NCBI GenBank assembly: GCA_020633435.1
Contig: JACKDP010000002.1
Coordinates: 567,788-631,787 of the forward strand
DNA length: 64,000 nucleotides
Source of the DNA: Myxococcales bacterium
GTDB taxonomy: Bacteria > Myxococcota_A > Bradymonadia > UBA7976 > UBA1532
Direction: 5' to 3'
This document shows positions 56,010-64,000 of the stretch, one piece after another. Position numbers and translations under genes: made by a program. The first letter of the stretch is position 1, and each line of letters begins with the position of its first letter. The notes under the pieces are model-generated. The model worked only from the letters and a program-made list of their open reading frames with translations. It was not told the origin of the DNA and ran no database searches.

Positions 56010-56065
56010 TCGGTCCGCCGCCGGGTGGGCCCCGCGCTTCACTCCCTCTCCCAGCCTGAGGCTCC

Positions 56066-57820
56066 ATGGACATCCTGGTCATCAACTGCGGCAGCTCGAG
56101 CCTGAAGGTCGACGTCGTGGACGCGGCCACCGGCGCGCGCCGCCACCAGGCCCGCGCTGAGCGCCTGGAGGCCGGCGAGCTGGCCACGGCCCTCGCGCGC
56201 GTCCTCGGCGGTCTGCCCCTCGAGGGCGTCGCCGCCGTCGGCCACCGCGTCGTCCATGGCGGCGAGCGCTTCACGCACCCGACGCGCATCGACGACGACG
56301 TGGAGGCCGCCATCGGCGCGCTGGTGCCCCTGGCGCCGCTGCACAACCCCGCGAATCTCCAGGGGATCCAGACGGCTCGCCGCCTGCTCCCGGGCGTGCC
56401 CCATGTGGCCGTCTTCGACACCGCGTTCCACCACACGCTGCCCACCCGCGCCCGCACGTATGCCCTGCCGGCCGACGTCGCGGCCCGCCACGGGGTGCGC
56501 CGCTACGGCTTCCACGGCCAGAGCCACCGGTTCGTGGCCGCCCGCGCCGCCGCCCACCTCGGCGAGGACGTCGCGAGCCTGCGGCTGATCACCTGCCACC
56601 TGGGCAACGGGGCCTCGGTCTGCGCCGTCGAGAACGGCCGGTCCGTCGACACCAGCATGGGCATGACGCCCCTGGAGGGCCTGGTGATGGGCACCCGGGC
56701 GGGCGATCTGGACGCCGGCCTGCTGCTCACCCTGCTGCGGGAGGAGGGCCTGGACGCCGACGGCCTGGACCGCCTGCTCAACCGCGAGAGCGGGCTCAAG
56801 GGGCTGTCGGGCGTCGGCAACGACATGCGCGACATCGAGGAGCGGGCGGCCGACGGCGACGAGGCGTGCCGCCTGGCCCTCCACGTCTTCTGCCACCGCC
56901 TGCGCAAGTACATCGGGGCCTACGCCGCGGTCATGGGCGGCGTGGACGCCATCGTCTTCACAGCCGGCATCGGCGAGAACAGCGCCCTGGTGCGCCACCG
57001 CGCGGCCCAGCGCCTCCAGTACCTCGGCGCCCGGCTCGACGAGGACCGAAACCGCGACGCCCGGGTGTCGGCGACGTCCCCCGTGGCCGAGATCTCCGAG
57101 CCTGGCAGCCGCGTGAAGCTGCTGGTGGTGGCCACCGACGAGGCCCACGCCATCGCCGCCGACGTGCGGGATCTGGTGCAGGCCCAGGACGCCGTCGAGG
57201 GCCAGCTCGACATCCCCATCGCCGTCTCGGCCCGCCACATCCACCTGTCCCCCGAGGCGGTGGAGGTGCTCTTCGGCCCCGGCCACACCCTCACGCCGCT
57301 CAAGGAGCTCAGCCAGCCGGGGCAGTTCGCCTGCGCCGAGCAGCTCACGGTGATCGGCCCCCGCCGCCAGATCGAGGGGGTGCGCGTGCTGGGCCCCGCC
57401 CGGGGCAAGTGCCAGGTCGAGATCTCGCGCACCGACGAGTTCTTCCTGGGCATCGACGCCCCGGTCCGGCGCTCCGGCGACGTGGCCGCCTCCCCCGGGA
57501 TCACCCTCGAGGGGCCCGCTGGCCGCCTCACGCTCACCGAGGGCGTCATCTGCGCCTGGCGGCACATCCACATGACCCCGGAGGACGCGGCGCGCTTCGG
57601 CGTGGCCGACCGGGACATCGTGGAGGTGGCCATCGACAGCCAGGATCGCGACCTGATCTTCGGGGACGTGATGGTGCGCGTCTCGCCCGCCTACCGGCTG
57701 GAGATGCACATCGACACCGACGAGGCCAACGCGGCCGAGATCGGCCGGGACTTCAAGGGCGTGCTGGTGGACACGGGGCGCACGGCCCACCTGCGCCGCC
57801 GCGAGCCCCGCGCCACCTGA
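56066..57820 (+). CDS. ackA: acetate kinase fused to a C-terminal PduL-type phosphotransacylase domain
   Basis: The N-terminal ~395 aa carry MDILVINCGSSSLK, HRVVHGG, VFDTAFH, GFHGQSH, ITCHLGNGASV and TAGIGENS, all acetate-kinase motifs. The C-terminal ~190 aa carry two RHIH motifs (VSARHIHLSPE...; ICAWRHIHMTPED) and DTDEANA, typical of PduL. Confidence 0.8.
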   Translation: MDILVINCGSSSLKVDVVDAATGARRHQARAERLEAGELATALARVLGGLPLEGVAAVGHRVVHGGERFTHPTRIDDDVEAAIGALVPLAPLHNPANLQGIQTARRLLPGVPHVAVFDTAFHHTLPTRARTYALPADVAARHGVRRYGFHGQSHRFVAARAAAHLGEDVASLRLITCHLGNGASVCAVENGRSVDTSMGMTPLEGLVMGTRAGDLDAGLLLTLLREEGLDADGLDRLLNRESGLKGLSGVGNDMRDIEERAADGDEACRLALHVFCHRLRKYIGAYAAVMGGVDAIVFTAGIGENSALVRHRAAQRLQYLGARLDEDRNRDARVSATSPVAEISEPGSRVKLLVVATDEAHAIAADVRDLVQAQDAVEGQLDIPIAVSARHIHLSPEAVEVLFGPGHTLTPLKELSQPGQFACAEQLTVIGPRRQIEGVRVLGPARGKCQVEISRTDEFFLGIDAPVRRSGDVAASPGITLEGPAGRLTLTEGVICAWRHIHMTPEDAARFGVADRDIVEVAIDSQDRDLIFGDVMVRVSPAYRLEMHIDTDEANAAEIGRDFKGVLVDTGRTAHLRRREPRAT

Positions 57821-57830
57821 CCCGCAGGCG

Positions 57831-58298
57831 CTACTTGTCGGTGCCGACCCAGCCGGTGCCCGACACGGCCGTCCCGGGCACGAACGAGAGGGGCGCGGTG
57901 TCGGTGGGCGTGGGCAGGAGCGGGCCCGTCGTCGTGTAGGTGGTCTGGTACATGTACCACTGCGCCGTCTTGGCGCTGGCGTCCACGTAGACGTGCCCGA
58001 CGCGGGTGCTCTGGTACCAGATCTGATAGCTCGTGCCGCTGCCGGACGGGCTGATGCTGGTGGCCGAGCCCAGGAACTCCTGCGCCCGCGTCTTGAGGGT
58101 GGTGCCGCTGACCGGGGAGGTGGTGGTGCCTCCCATGTCCCAGCTCCCGGTGGGCCAGCCGCTGGCCCACGTCCACTTGTCGTACCAGACGCCCGCCTCC
58201 TTGCGGACGGTGAAGTTCCCGGTCGGGCTGCTGATGGTCGGACCGGTCTTGAAGTCCATGTCCGGCGGGACTTCCTCGACGATGGGCTGGTTCTTCAC
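57831..58298 (-). CDS. hypothetical small protein (155 aa), Trp/Tyr/Thr/Gly-rich, no signal peptide
   Basis: GTG at 58298 with AGAGGAG 6 nt upstream gives MKNQPIVEEVPPDMDFKTGPTISSPTGNFTVRKEAGVWYDKWTWASGWPTGSWDMGG...YQIWYQSTRVGHVYVDASAKTAQWYMYQTTYTTTG.... The rest of track ORF 57831..60749 is antisense of the kinase gene. Confidence 0.45.
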   Translation of the reverse strand: MKNQPIVEEVPPDMDFKTGPTISSPTGNFTVRKEAGVWYDKWTWASGWPTGSWDMGGTTTSPVSGTTLKTRAQEFLGSATSISPSGSGTSYQIWYQSTRVGHVYVDASAKTAQWYMYQTTYTTTGPLLPTPTDTAPLSFVPGTAVSGTGWVGTDK

Positions 58299-58376
58299 GC
58301 GGGCTCCTCTCTGCCTGCCACGGGGGTGGCACTCGGGGGATGGCGGGTGCCACCGACAGGTGTACCATCCCAGGCG

Positions 58377-60698
58377 ATGACACGCGAAACCGACGACCGT
58401 GGGAGTGGAATCGGGCGGGCCGTGACGCTGCCCGAACGCCGGGTGGAGGGGGCGCCCGTCCTCGATCCGCGCTACGCCGACATGGGGGTCATCGGCCAGG
58501 GCGGCATGGGCGAGGTGCGACGCGTCTGGGATCGCCACCTGGACCGCCCCGTCGCCATGAAGCTCATGCGGCTCGACCAGGTGGCCGCCGAGGAGCAGCG
58601 CGCGCGGTTCCTGGCCGAGGCCCGCCTCACCGCCGGCCTCCAGCACCCTGGCATCATCGCCGTCCACGACCTGGGCGAGCTGGCCGATGGCCGCGTCTGG
58701 TTCGCCATGCGGGAGGTGCGCGGGCGCGATCTGGCCGAGCTCATGCGCCAGGATCGGGTGCCGTTCCGGCGCCGCATCGAGATCTTCGCCCGGGTTTGCA
58801 GCATCGTCGCCTACGCCCATGAGCGCGGCATCGTGCACCGGGATCTCAAGCCCGAGAACGTGATGGTGGGCGAGTTCGGCGAAGTGCATGTGGTGGACTG
58901 GGGCATCGCGGTGGCCCTCGCCGACCGGCCCAGCCAGCAGATCGTCGGCACGCCCGCCTACATGTCCCCCGAGCAGGCGCGGGGCGGCGTGCTCACCCCC
59001 GCCAGCGACGTCTACGCCCTCGGCGTGATGCTGCGGGAGACGCTCACCGGCCTGCTGCCGCCCAACGGCACCGTCACGGCCCTGCTGCGGCAGGTGGCCG
59101 TGGGGCCGCCGCCCCCGGTGACGGGCGTCGCCGCCGACCGGGCCGAGCTCGCCACCATCGCCGAGCGCGCCATGGCCCCCCTCGCCGCCGACCGCTTCGC
59201 CAACGCCCTCGCCCTCGGCCGCGCCGTGGAGGGGTGGCTGGACGGGACGCAGCAGACCGAGCGGGCCCGCGGCCTCACCACCGAGGCCGTGGCCGAGCTG
59301 GGCACCCTCGGCGCCCTCCGACAGCAGGCCGAGATGCTCCGCGCAGAGGCGCTCGACCTGCTCTCGGGCCTGGACCCCCACGCCGCCGACGCCGAGAAGC
59401 GCGGCGCCTGGCAGCTCGAGGACGACGCCGCCACCCTCGACCGGGAGGCCGCCGGCGCCGAGGCGCGCTTCCTCCAGCGCCTCCAGGCGGCGCTGACGCT
59501 CAGCCCCGACCTGGCGGAGTGCCACGATCTGCTGGCCGACCACCACCGCGAGCAGGCCGAGCGCGCCCGCGGCCGCCGTGACGGCGACGCCGCCGCCCTG
59601 CACCGCCTGCTCGTCCAGACCCATGACCGCAGCGGCCGTCATGTGGCGTGGCTCGCCCGCCGGGGCTACCTGTCCCTGACCGTCCAGACCCCCGAGGCCC
59701 GCATCAGCGTGCACCGCCACCGCACGCACGGCCGTCGCAAGCACCTGGAGTTCAAAGGTTTTCTCCCCTCGCCCGCCCGCCGGGAGCTGCTCGCGGCGGG
59801 GACGTACACGCTCGCCATCCAGGCCCCCGGCCATGACGAGCTGCGGCTCCTGCTGGTGATCGAGGCGGGCCAGGACTGCGATCGCCGCCGCCCGGGCTCC
59901 CTGCACGCCGATCCCGTCCACCTGCCGCCAGCGGGCACGCTGACCCCGGACGTCGTGCTGGTGCCGGCGGGCTGGTTCATCGCCGGGGGCGATCCGGCCG
60001 CCACCGACGGCCTGCCCCGGCGGCGGCTCTGGCTCGACGCCTTCATCATCGAGCGCTGCCCGGTGACGCTGCGCCAGTACGCCACCTTCCTGAACGCGGT
60101 GGCGGCGACCGGCGAGGACGTCGCGCCGTGGCTCCCCCAGGATCGCCACGGCCCCCGCTTCATCACCCTGGGCGAAGCCGGCTACGCCCCCGCCCCGGGC
60201 GACGAGGACCTGCCGGTGGCCCTCATCACCTGGTACGCCGCCCAGCGCTACGCCGCCTGGCGGGTCGCCGAGACGGGCCAGCCCTGGCGCCTGCCCCACG
60301 ACCTGGAGTGGGAGAAGGCCGCCCGGGGGGTCGACGGCCGCAGCTGGCCCTGGGGCGAGCACGCCGAGCCGACGTGGGCCCAGGTCGCCGGCTCCTCCAG
60401 CGAGCCGCCCGGGCCCGCCTCGGTGTTCGCCGGCGCGGTGGACGTCTCGCCGGTGGGGGCGCGGGGCATGGTCGGCAACGTGCGCGACTGGTGCGCCAAC
60501 CCCTATGACCGCCGGGGACCGCCCGAGGGGGACTGCATCGATCCCCTCGTCGATCCGGGCGGGGAGCTGCGCTTCATCCGCGGCGGCAACTGGGGCGCCT
60601 CGCTGGTGCAGTGCCGGCCCGCCGGTCGCTACGCGGCGCCCCCGGACAGCCGCTACCTGGCGGTGGGCTTCCGCCTCGTCCGCTCCTGGCCGGGGTAA
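58377..60698 (+). CDS. Ser/Thr protein kinase fused to C-terminal FGE-sulfatase (SUMF1-like) domain
   Basis: Kinase motifs: GQGGMGEV, AMK, HRDLKPEN, DWG, TPAYMSPE. The C-terminal ITWYAAQRYAAWRV...RLPHDLEWEKAARG...GNVRDWCAN...RGGNWG matches the formylglycine-generating-enzyme fold. Confidence 0.8.
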   Translation: MTRETDDRGSGIGRAVTLPERRVEGAPVLDPRYADMGVIGQGGMGEVRRVWDRHLDRPVAMKLMRLDQVAAEEQRARFLAEARLTAGLQHPGIIAVHDLGELADGRVWFAMREVRGRDLAELMRQDRVPFRRRIEIFARVCSIVAYAHERGIVHRDLKPENVMVGEFGEVHVVDWGIAVALADRPSQQIVGTPAYMSPEQARGGVLTPASDVYALGVMLRETLTGLLPPNGTVTALLRQVAVGPPPPVTGVAADRAELATIAERAMAPLAADRFANALALGRAVEGWLDGTQQTERARGLTTEAVAELGTLGALRQQAEMLRAEALDLLSGLDPHAADAEKRGAWQLEDDAATLDREAAGAEARFLQRLQAALTLSPDLAECHDLLADHHREQAERARGRRDGDAAALHRLLVQTHDRSGRHVAWLARRGYLSLTVQTPEARISVHRHRTHGRRKHLEFKGFLPSPARRELLAAGTYTLAIQAPGHDELRLLLVIEAGQDCDRRRPGSLHADPVHLPPAGTLTPDVVLVPAGWFIAGGDPAATDGLPRRRLWLDAFIIERCPVTLRQYATFLNAVAATGEDVAPWLPQDRHGPRFITLGEAGYAPAPGDEDLPVALITWYAAQRYAAWRVAETGQPWRLPHDLEWEKAARGVDGRSWPWGEHAEPTWAQVAGSSSEPPGPASVFAGAVDVSPVGARGMVGNVRDWCANPYDRRGPPEGDCIDPLVDPGGELRFIRGGNWGASLVQCRPAGRYAAPPDSRYLAVGFRLVRSWPG

Positions 60699-60747
60699 CG
60701 TCTCGCCGCACGCCGCGTAGGCCGCCGCGTCGATCCCGGAGGACGCC

Positions 60748-62019
60748 ATGGACCGCCGCCTGTTCCTGCGCCGCCTGCTGGCGGCCAGCTCCGCGCTCTA
60801 CCTCGGCTGCGGCGAGGGCGGCCCCGGCGATCACGGGGGGGCCGACGCCGGCCCCGACGCCGAGGGGCTCGCGGGCTTCGACGACGCCCAGGGCTTCGAC
60901 GACGCCCAGGGCTTCGCCGACGCGGGCCCCCTCCCCGACGCCGGCCTGGGCTGCCCCGGCCTCTTCGACGACGCCTCGTTCGAGGCCGTCGTGCCGTTCA
61001 CCGGCGAGCGCGACCTGCAGTTCCACACGCTGGTGAACCCCGGCTGGGACGGCCGCCTCTACACCGACCTCGCGCTGCTCGACGCCGACGACCTCATCAC
61101 GCCCACCGCCTGCTTCTACGTGCGCACCCGCTTCCCCGACCGCCTGGACCTGGCCGCTCGCCTGCCCTGGCGCATCACGGTCGATGGCCTCGTCACCGCC
61201 CCGACGAGCCTCGCCCTCGACGACCTGCTCCCCCTCGCGCGCCCCATGGGCACCCACGTCATGGAGTGCAGCGGCAACAGCCGCGGCGCCCACTTCGGCC
61301 TGATGAGCGCGGCGAGCTTCACCGGCGTCCCCCTGCGCGACGTCCTCGACGCCGTGCCCCGCCGCCCTGAAGCCACCTTCGTCGAGCTGACCGGCTTCGA
61401 CGATCACAGCGTGCCCTCGGCCAACAACCACTCCACCCCGGGCGCCTCGTGGATCTTCCGCCTGGACCAGCTCGACCGCGCCTTCCTGGCCACCGGCATG
61501 AACGGCGAGCCCCTGCCCCTCGACCACGGCTTCCCGGTGCGCCTGCTGGTGCCCGGCTGGTACGGGTGCACCTGCATCAAGTGGCTGGAACGCTTGACGT
61601 TTCACGACGACGCCGTGCCCGCGTCGTCCCAGATGATCGAGTTCGCGAGCCGGACGCACCAGGACGGGACGCCCGCCCTCGCCCGCGACTTCCGGCCGGC
61701 GGCGATGCACCAGGCCGCCCTGCCGGTGCGGGTGGAGCGGTGGCGGACGGCCAGCGGCCCCGTCTTCCGGGTGGTCGGGGTGCTCTGGGGCGGCAGCCGG
61801 CCGACGGACGCGCTGACCATCCGGTTCGGGGCCGACGAGCCCTTCGTGCCCGTGGCGACCTGCCCGCCGATGGTCGGGAACGAGACGTGGACGCTCTTCG
61901 AGCACCGCTGGGCGCCGGCGGCCCCGGGGGACTACGTGATCCGCTGCGCCATCGACGATCCCGGCGTGCCGACGCAGCGGCTCGACGCGGGCTACTACGA
62001 CCGGACGCTCACCGTCTGA
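60748..62019 (+). CDS. Tat-exported lipoprotein, molybdopterin-dependent oxidoreductase (sulfite oxidase family)
   Basis: MDRRLFLRRLLAASSALYLGCG is a twin-arginine signal plus lipobox. The Moco-binding motifs HVMECSGNSRG and FPVRLLVPGWYGCTCIKWLERL are present. Confidence 0.75.
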   Translation: MDRRLFLRRLLAASSALYLGCGEGGPGDHGGADAGPDAEGLAGFDDAQGFDDAQGFADAGPLPDAGLGCPGLFDDASFEAVVPFTGERDLQFHTLVNPGWDGRLYTDLALLDADDLITPTACFYVRTRFPDRLDLAARLPWRITVDGLVTAPTSLALDDLLPLARPMGTHVMECSGNSRGAHFGLMSAASFTGVPLRDVLDAVPRRPEATFVELTGFDDHSVPSANNHSTPGASWIFRLDQLDRAFLATGMNGEPLPLDHGFPVRLLVPGWYGCTCIKWLERLTFHDDAVPASSQMIEFASRTHQDGTPALARDFRPAAMHQAALPVRVERWRTASGPVFRVVGVLWGGSRPTDALTIRFGADEPFVPVATCPPMVGNETWTLFEHRWAPAAPGDYVIRCAIDDPGVPTQRLDAGYYDRTLTV

Positions 62020-63467
62020 TCCGGCGGCGGCGCAGGGCGAGGCCCAGCAGCAGCCCCAGCACGCCCCCCCCGCCGCCCGGCCCCTGCGTGCAGCCATCGC
62101 CGCCGCTGGCGCCGCCACCAGCGCCGCGTCGGCCGGCGCGGCGTCGGAGGCCAGCGCCGCGGCGTCCGCCGCCGCCAGGCGCGCCATGTCCGCCCTGGCG
62201 GCGTCCTCGAGGGCCGCGTCCGCCGGGCGGCGTCCGGGCGGGCGGCGTCGACGACGGCCGCGTCGACGACCGCCGCGTCCGGCGGCCCCGCGTCCGGCGG
62301 CACCGGCGGCCGCGGGGGCTCCCCGCCCATGGGCTCGGGCGCGCAGGGCGCCTCGACGCAGGTGCTCTCGAACGTGAAGACCAGCGTGTCGGCCAGCACC
62401 TCGCCCGTCGTGCGCTGGATGCCCGGGCGCAGCTCCACGGTGTAGGTGGTCGAAGGCGCCAGGGCGACCTCGGGGATGATCCGCACGAGGCGCGTGGAGT
62501 CGTCGGCGCCGCCGCTCCAGCGGGTGTGGCGGACGCGGGTGGGCACGGGCTGACCATCCGGGTCGAGCAGGACGACCGTGTCGGCGTTCAGGCTGCCCAC
62601 CACCACGCCCGCGCCGAAGACGATGGTCGCCCAGGCATCCACGATCTCGGGGCCCAGGGCGCGCAGCCGCCGAGGCGCCACCGGCCAGCCATGGGTCGCG
62701 ATGGCCGCCATGGGGTAGCGGTCGTGCAGCCGGTCCCAGATGGCCTGCAGGTACGCGGCCGTGGGCGGGATCTCGCTGGCCAGGCTGCCGGGCACGGCCG
62801 GATCGACGTAGTGCTCCGCCGTCCAGGCCAGGAAGGGCCGGTGCTGGGCCTCCAGGCCCGGCGCGATGGCGGCGAAGCCATCGATGACCAGCAGCTTCAC
62901 CCGGTTCATGCCCGCGCGGATCGTGTCCTGGTCGACGACGTGGCCATGGGCCTCCAGGAAGATCCCCGGCAGGTCGTCGAAGGGGGCGTACAGGGGCGGC
63001 TTGTACTGCAACCACCCGTCCGCAAACAGGAAAGAGTCGGTGCCCGGGTCGGCGCGATCCTGCCCTTCGTGGTCGTGCAGCTCGACCTGGTAGAGGAAGA
63101 GCGAGTCGAAGAGCTCGTCCTGCAGGCCGTGGCTGGCGAGGCCCATGAGGAAGGCCACGTGCTTGCGGGCCTCCAGCGTCTCGAAGGGCGGGCCCAGGTG
63201 CCCCTGGATCCACGCCAGGTGCGCCCCGACGTAGGGCTCCCAGTGCGCCAGCTCCCCATACGGATCGCCGATCGCGTAGCCGGAGTCGGGGAAGGCGGCC
63301 CCGATGAGCGCGGCGTCGCGGACCTCCGGCTCGGCGAAGAAGTCGGCCAGCTCCCCCGGGGGCAGGGCCTCGATGGCCCAGCCGGTGACGTGGACGTGCC
63401 CGTTGATGCCATGGGCGAGCGCGGCGGGGGCCGCGCAGAGGGCCAGGAGCGTCGTGAGGGTGCGCAT
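62009..63467 (-). CDS. secreted zinc-dependent phospholipase C / P1-nuclease-like protein with DAA-repeat linker and out-of-frame MYXO-CTERM-like tail
   Basis: The ATG at 63467 gives MRTLTTLLALCAAPAALAHGINGHVHVTGWAIEAL. FLMGLASHGLQDELFDSLF resembles the PLC YLG.S.HY.GD motif. The body frame degenerates after ...DAAVVDAAVVDAARPDAA. The tail ...GGDGCTQGPGGGGGVLGLLLGLALRRRRIRR* is in another frame (track ORF 62009..62557). Confidence 0.5.
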
Positions 63468-63645
63468 GGCGCCAGGGTAGCACGCCGACCACCGAGCGAG
63501 CTTGCGTCCGGAGGCTGGGCGGGGAAATGATGGCCCACCGACCCGGAGGCCGCCCCTGCCCCTCGCCGACCAGCTCATCTGCCCTGTCTGCCGGAGCACC
63601 TGGCCCGCGGGCAAGCGCGTCTGCGCCCGGGACAACGCCCCCCTC

Positions 63646-64000
63646 ATGCCCAACCTGGTGGGCCGCCGCATCGCCGGTCGGCTCGTCACCGACGTCCTGG
63701 GCATGGGCGCGACGTCGGCGGTCTACCGCGTCCGCCACGTCGCCCTGGGTCGCGAAGAGGTCCTGCGCATCCTGCGCGACGAGATCGAGCAGGACCGCCT
63801 CAACCACGTCCTGCCCATCGTCGCCCAGCTCCGCGATCCGCACGTCGTCCGCCTGCACGACCTGGTGCCCCCCGAGAGCGGCCGCGCCATCGAGCTGGAC
63901 CACCCGATGCTGCTCACCGAGCTCGCTGACGGTCGCTCCCTGGCCGTCCGCCCGCCCGGCACGCAGCTCAGCCCCACGGCCGCGGCCCGCATCATCCACC
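63646..64000 (+). CDS. Ser/Thr protein kinase-like protein, N-terminal fragment (continues past window end); possible upstream zinc-ribbon with alternative TTG start at 63502
   Basis: Frame-1 translation from 63481 gives ...LICPVCRSTWPAGKRVCARDNAPLMPNLVGRRIAGRLVTDVLGMGATSAVYRVRHVALGREEVLRIL..., a glycine-rich loop-like G.G..S.VY. It is not in the ORF track because there is no stop within the window. Confidence 0.4.
   Translation, partial: MPNLVGRRIAGRLVTDVLGMGATSAVYRVRHVALGREEVLRILRDEIEQDRLNHVLPIVAQLRDPHVVRLHDLVPPESGRAIELDHPMLLTELADGRSLAVRPPGTQLSPTAAARIIH

Noticed and set aside
55900-56010. Possible tmRNA (GGTTCAAATCC T-loop-like 3' end)
   Set aside because: The element is only ~75 nt and has tRNA cloverleaf dimensions. 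There is no tmRNA-sized body, tag-peptide reading frame or pseudoknot region nearby.
1-64000. CRISPR arrays, rRNA genes, IS elements, transposases, integrases
   Set aside because: No regularly spaced direct repeats with unique spacers, no rRNA-like conserved stretches, and no transposase or integrase-like ORFs (DDE, tyrosine recombinase motifs) were seen in any real-looking frame.

Overview
This is a very GC-rich (roughly 70% or more) bacterial chromosomal window with densely packed genes and many translationally coupled starts and stops. It is most consistent with a myxobacterium: MYXO-CTERM-like Cys/hydrophobic/RRRR tails, a fibro-slime (PA14-like) domain protein, many Cys-rich secreted lipoproteins with Gly/Pro-Glu low-complexity linkers, eukaryotic-like Ser/Thr kinases, a voltage-gated K+ channel and a sigma-54 enhancer-binding protein. 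I call about 55 protein genes from the sequence and the six-frame track, after rejecting the long antisense ORFs that high GC produces.

Recognised genes: cysK with an FNR-like reductase, a Kv/RCK K+ channel, an HSL-type esterase, a FadL-like outer membrane protein, a rubrerythrin/CCG Fe-S protein/DUF3501 operon, a RcnA-like Ni/Co efflux protein, a class-II glutamine amidotransferase, archaeal/eukaryotic-type pheS-pheT, a GAF-PAS histidine kinase, a YumC-type FNR, metX, an XPB-like helicase/Bax1(DUF790)-like nuclease/xthA operon, a MepA-like LysM endopeptidase, an ackA-pduL fusion, a Ser/Thr kinase-FGE fusion, a Tat Mo-oxidoreductase and a Zn-phospholipase-C-like secreted protein.

Five things stand out:
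- A ten-gene translationally coupled minus-strand operon (5930..16014). It sits behind a candidate -24/-12 sigma-54 promoter and carries its own bEBP with an uncharacterised N-terminal domain, a NAT-domain fusion protein, two PhyH dioxygenases, an M20 peptidase, a methyltransferase and a deacetylase. It looks like an undescribed tailoring or biosynthetic system.
- A roughly 2,500-aa giant protein (33771..41236) with a sacsin/NOV-type GHKL ATPase N-terminus and a transglutaminase-like C-terminal domain, split by a frame discontinuity in a Pro-rich linker.
- MYXO-CTERM-like tails that are out of frame with their gene bodies in two secreted proteins.
- A tRNA-like but imperfect, AT-rich element upstream of ackA.
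- AT-rich palindromic operator-like elements in two divergent intergenic regions.

No CRISPR array, rRNA, IS element or transposase was seen.
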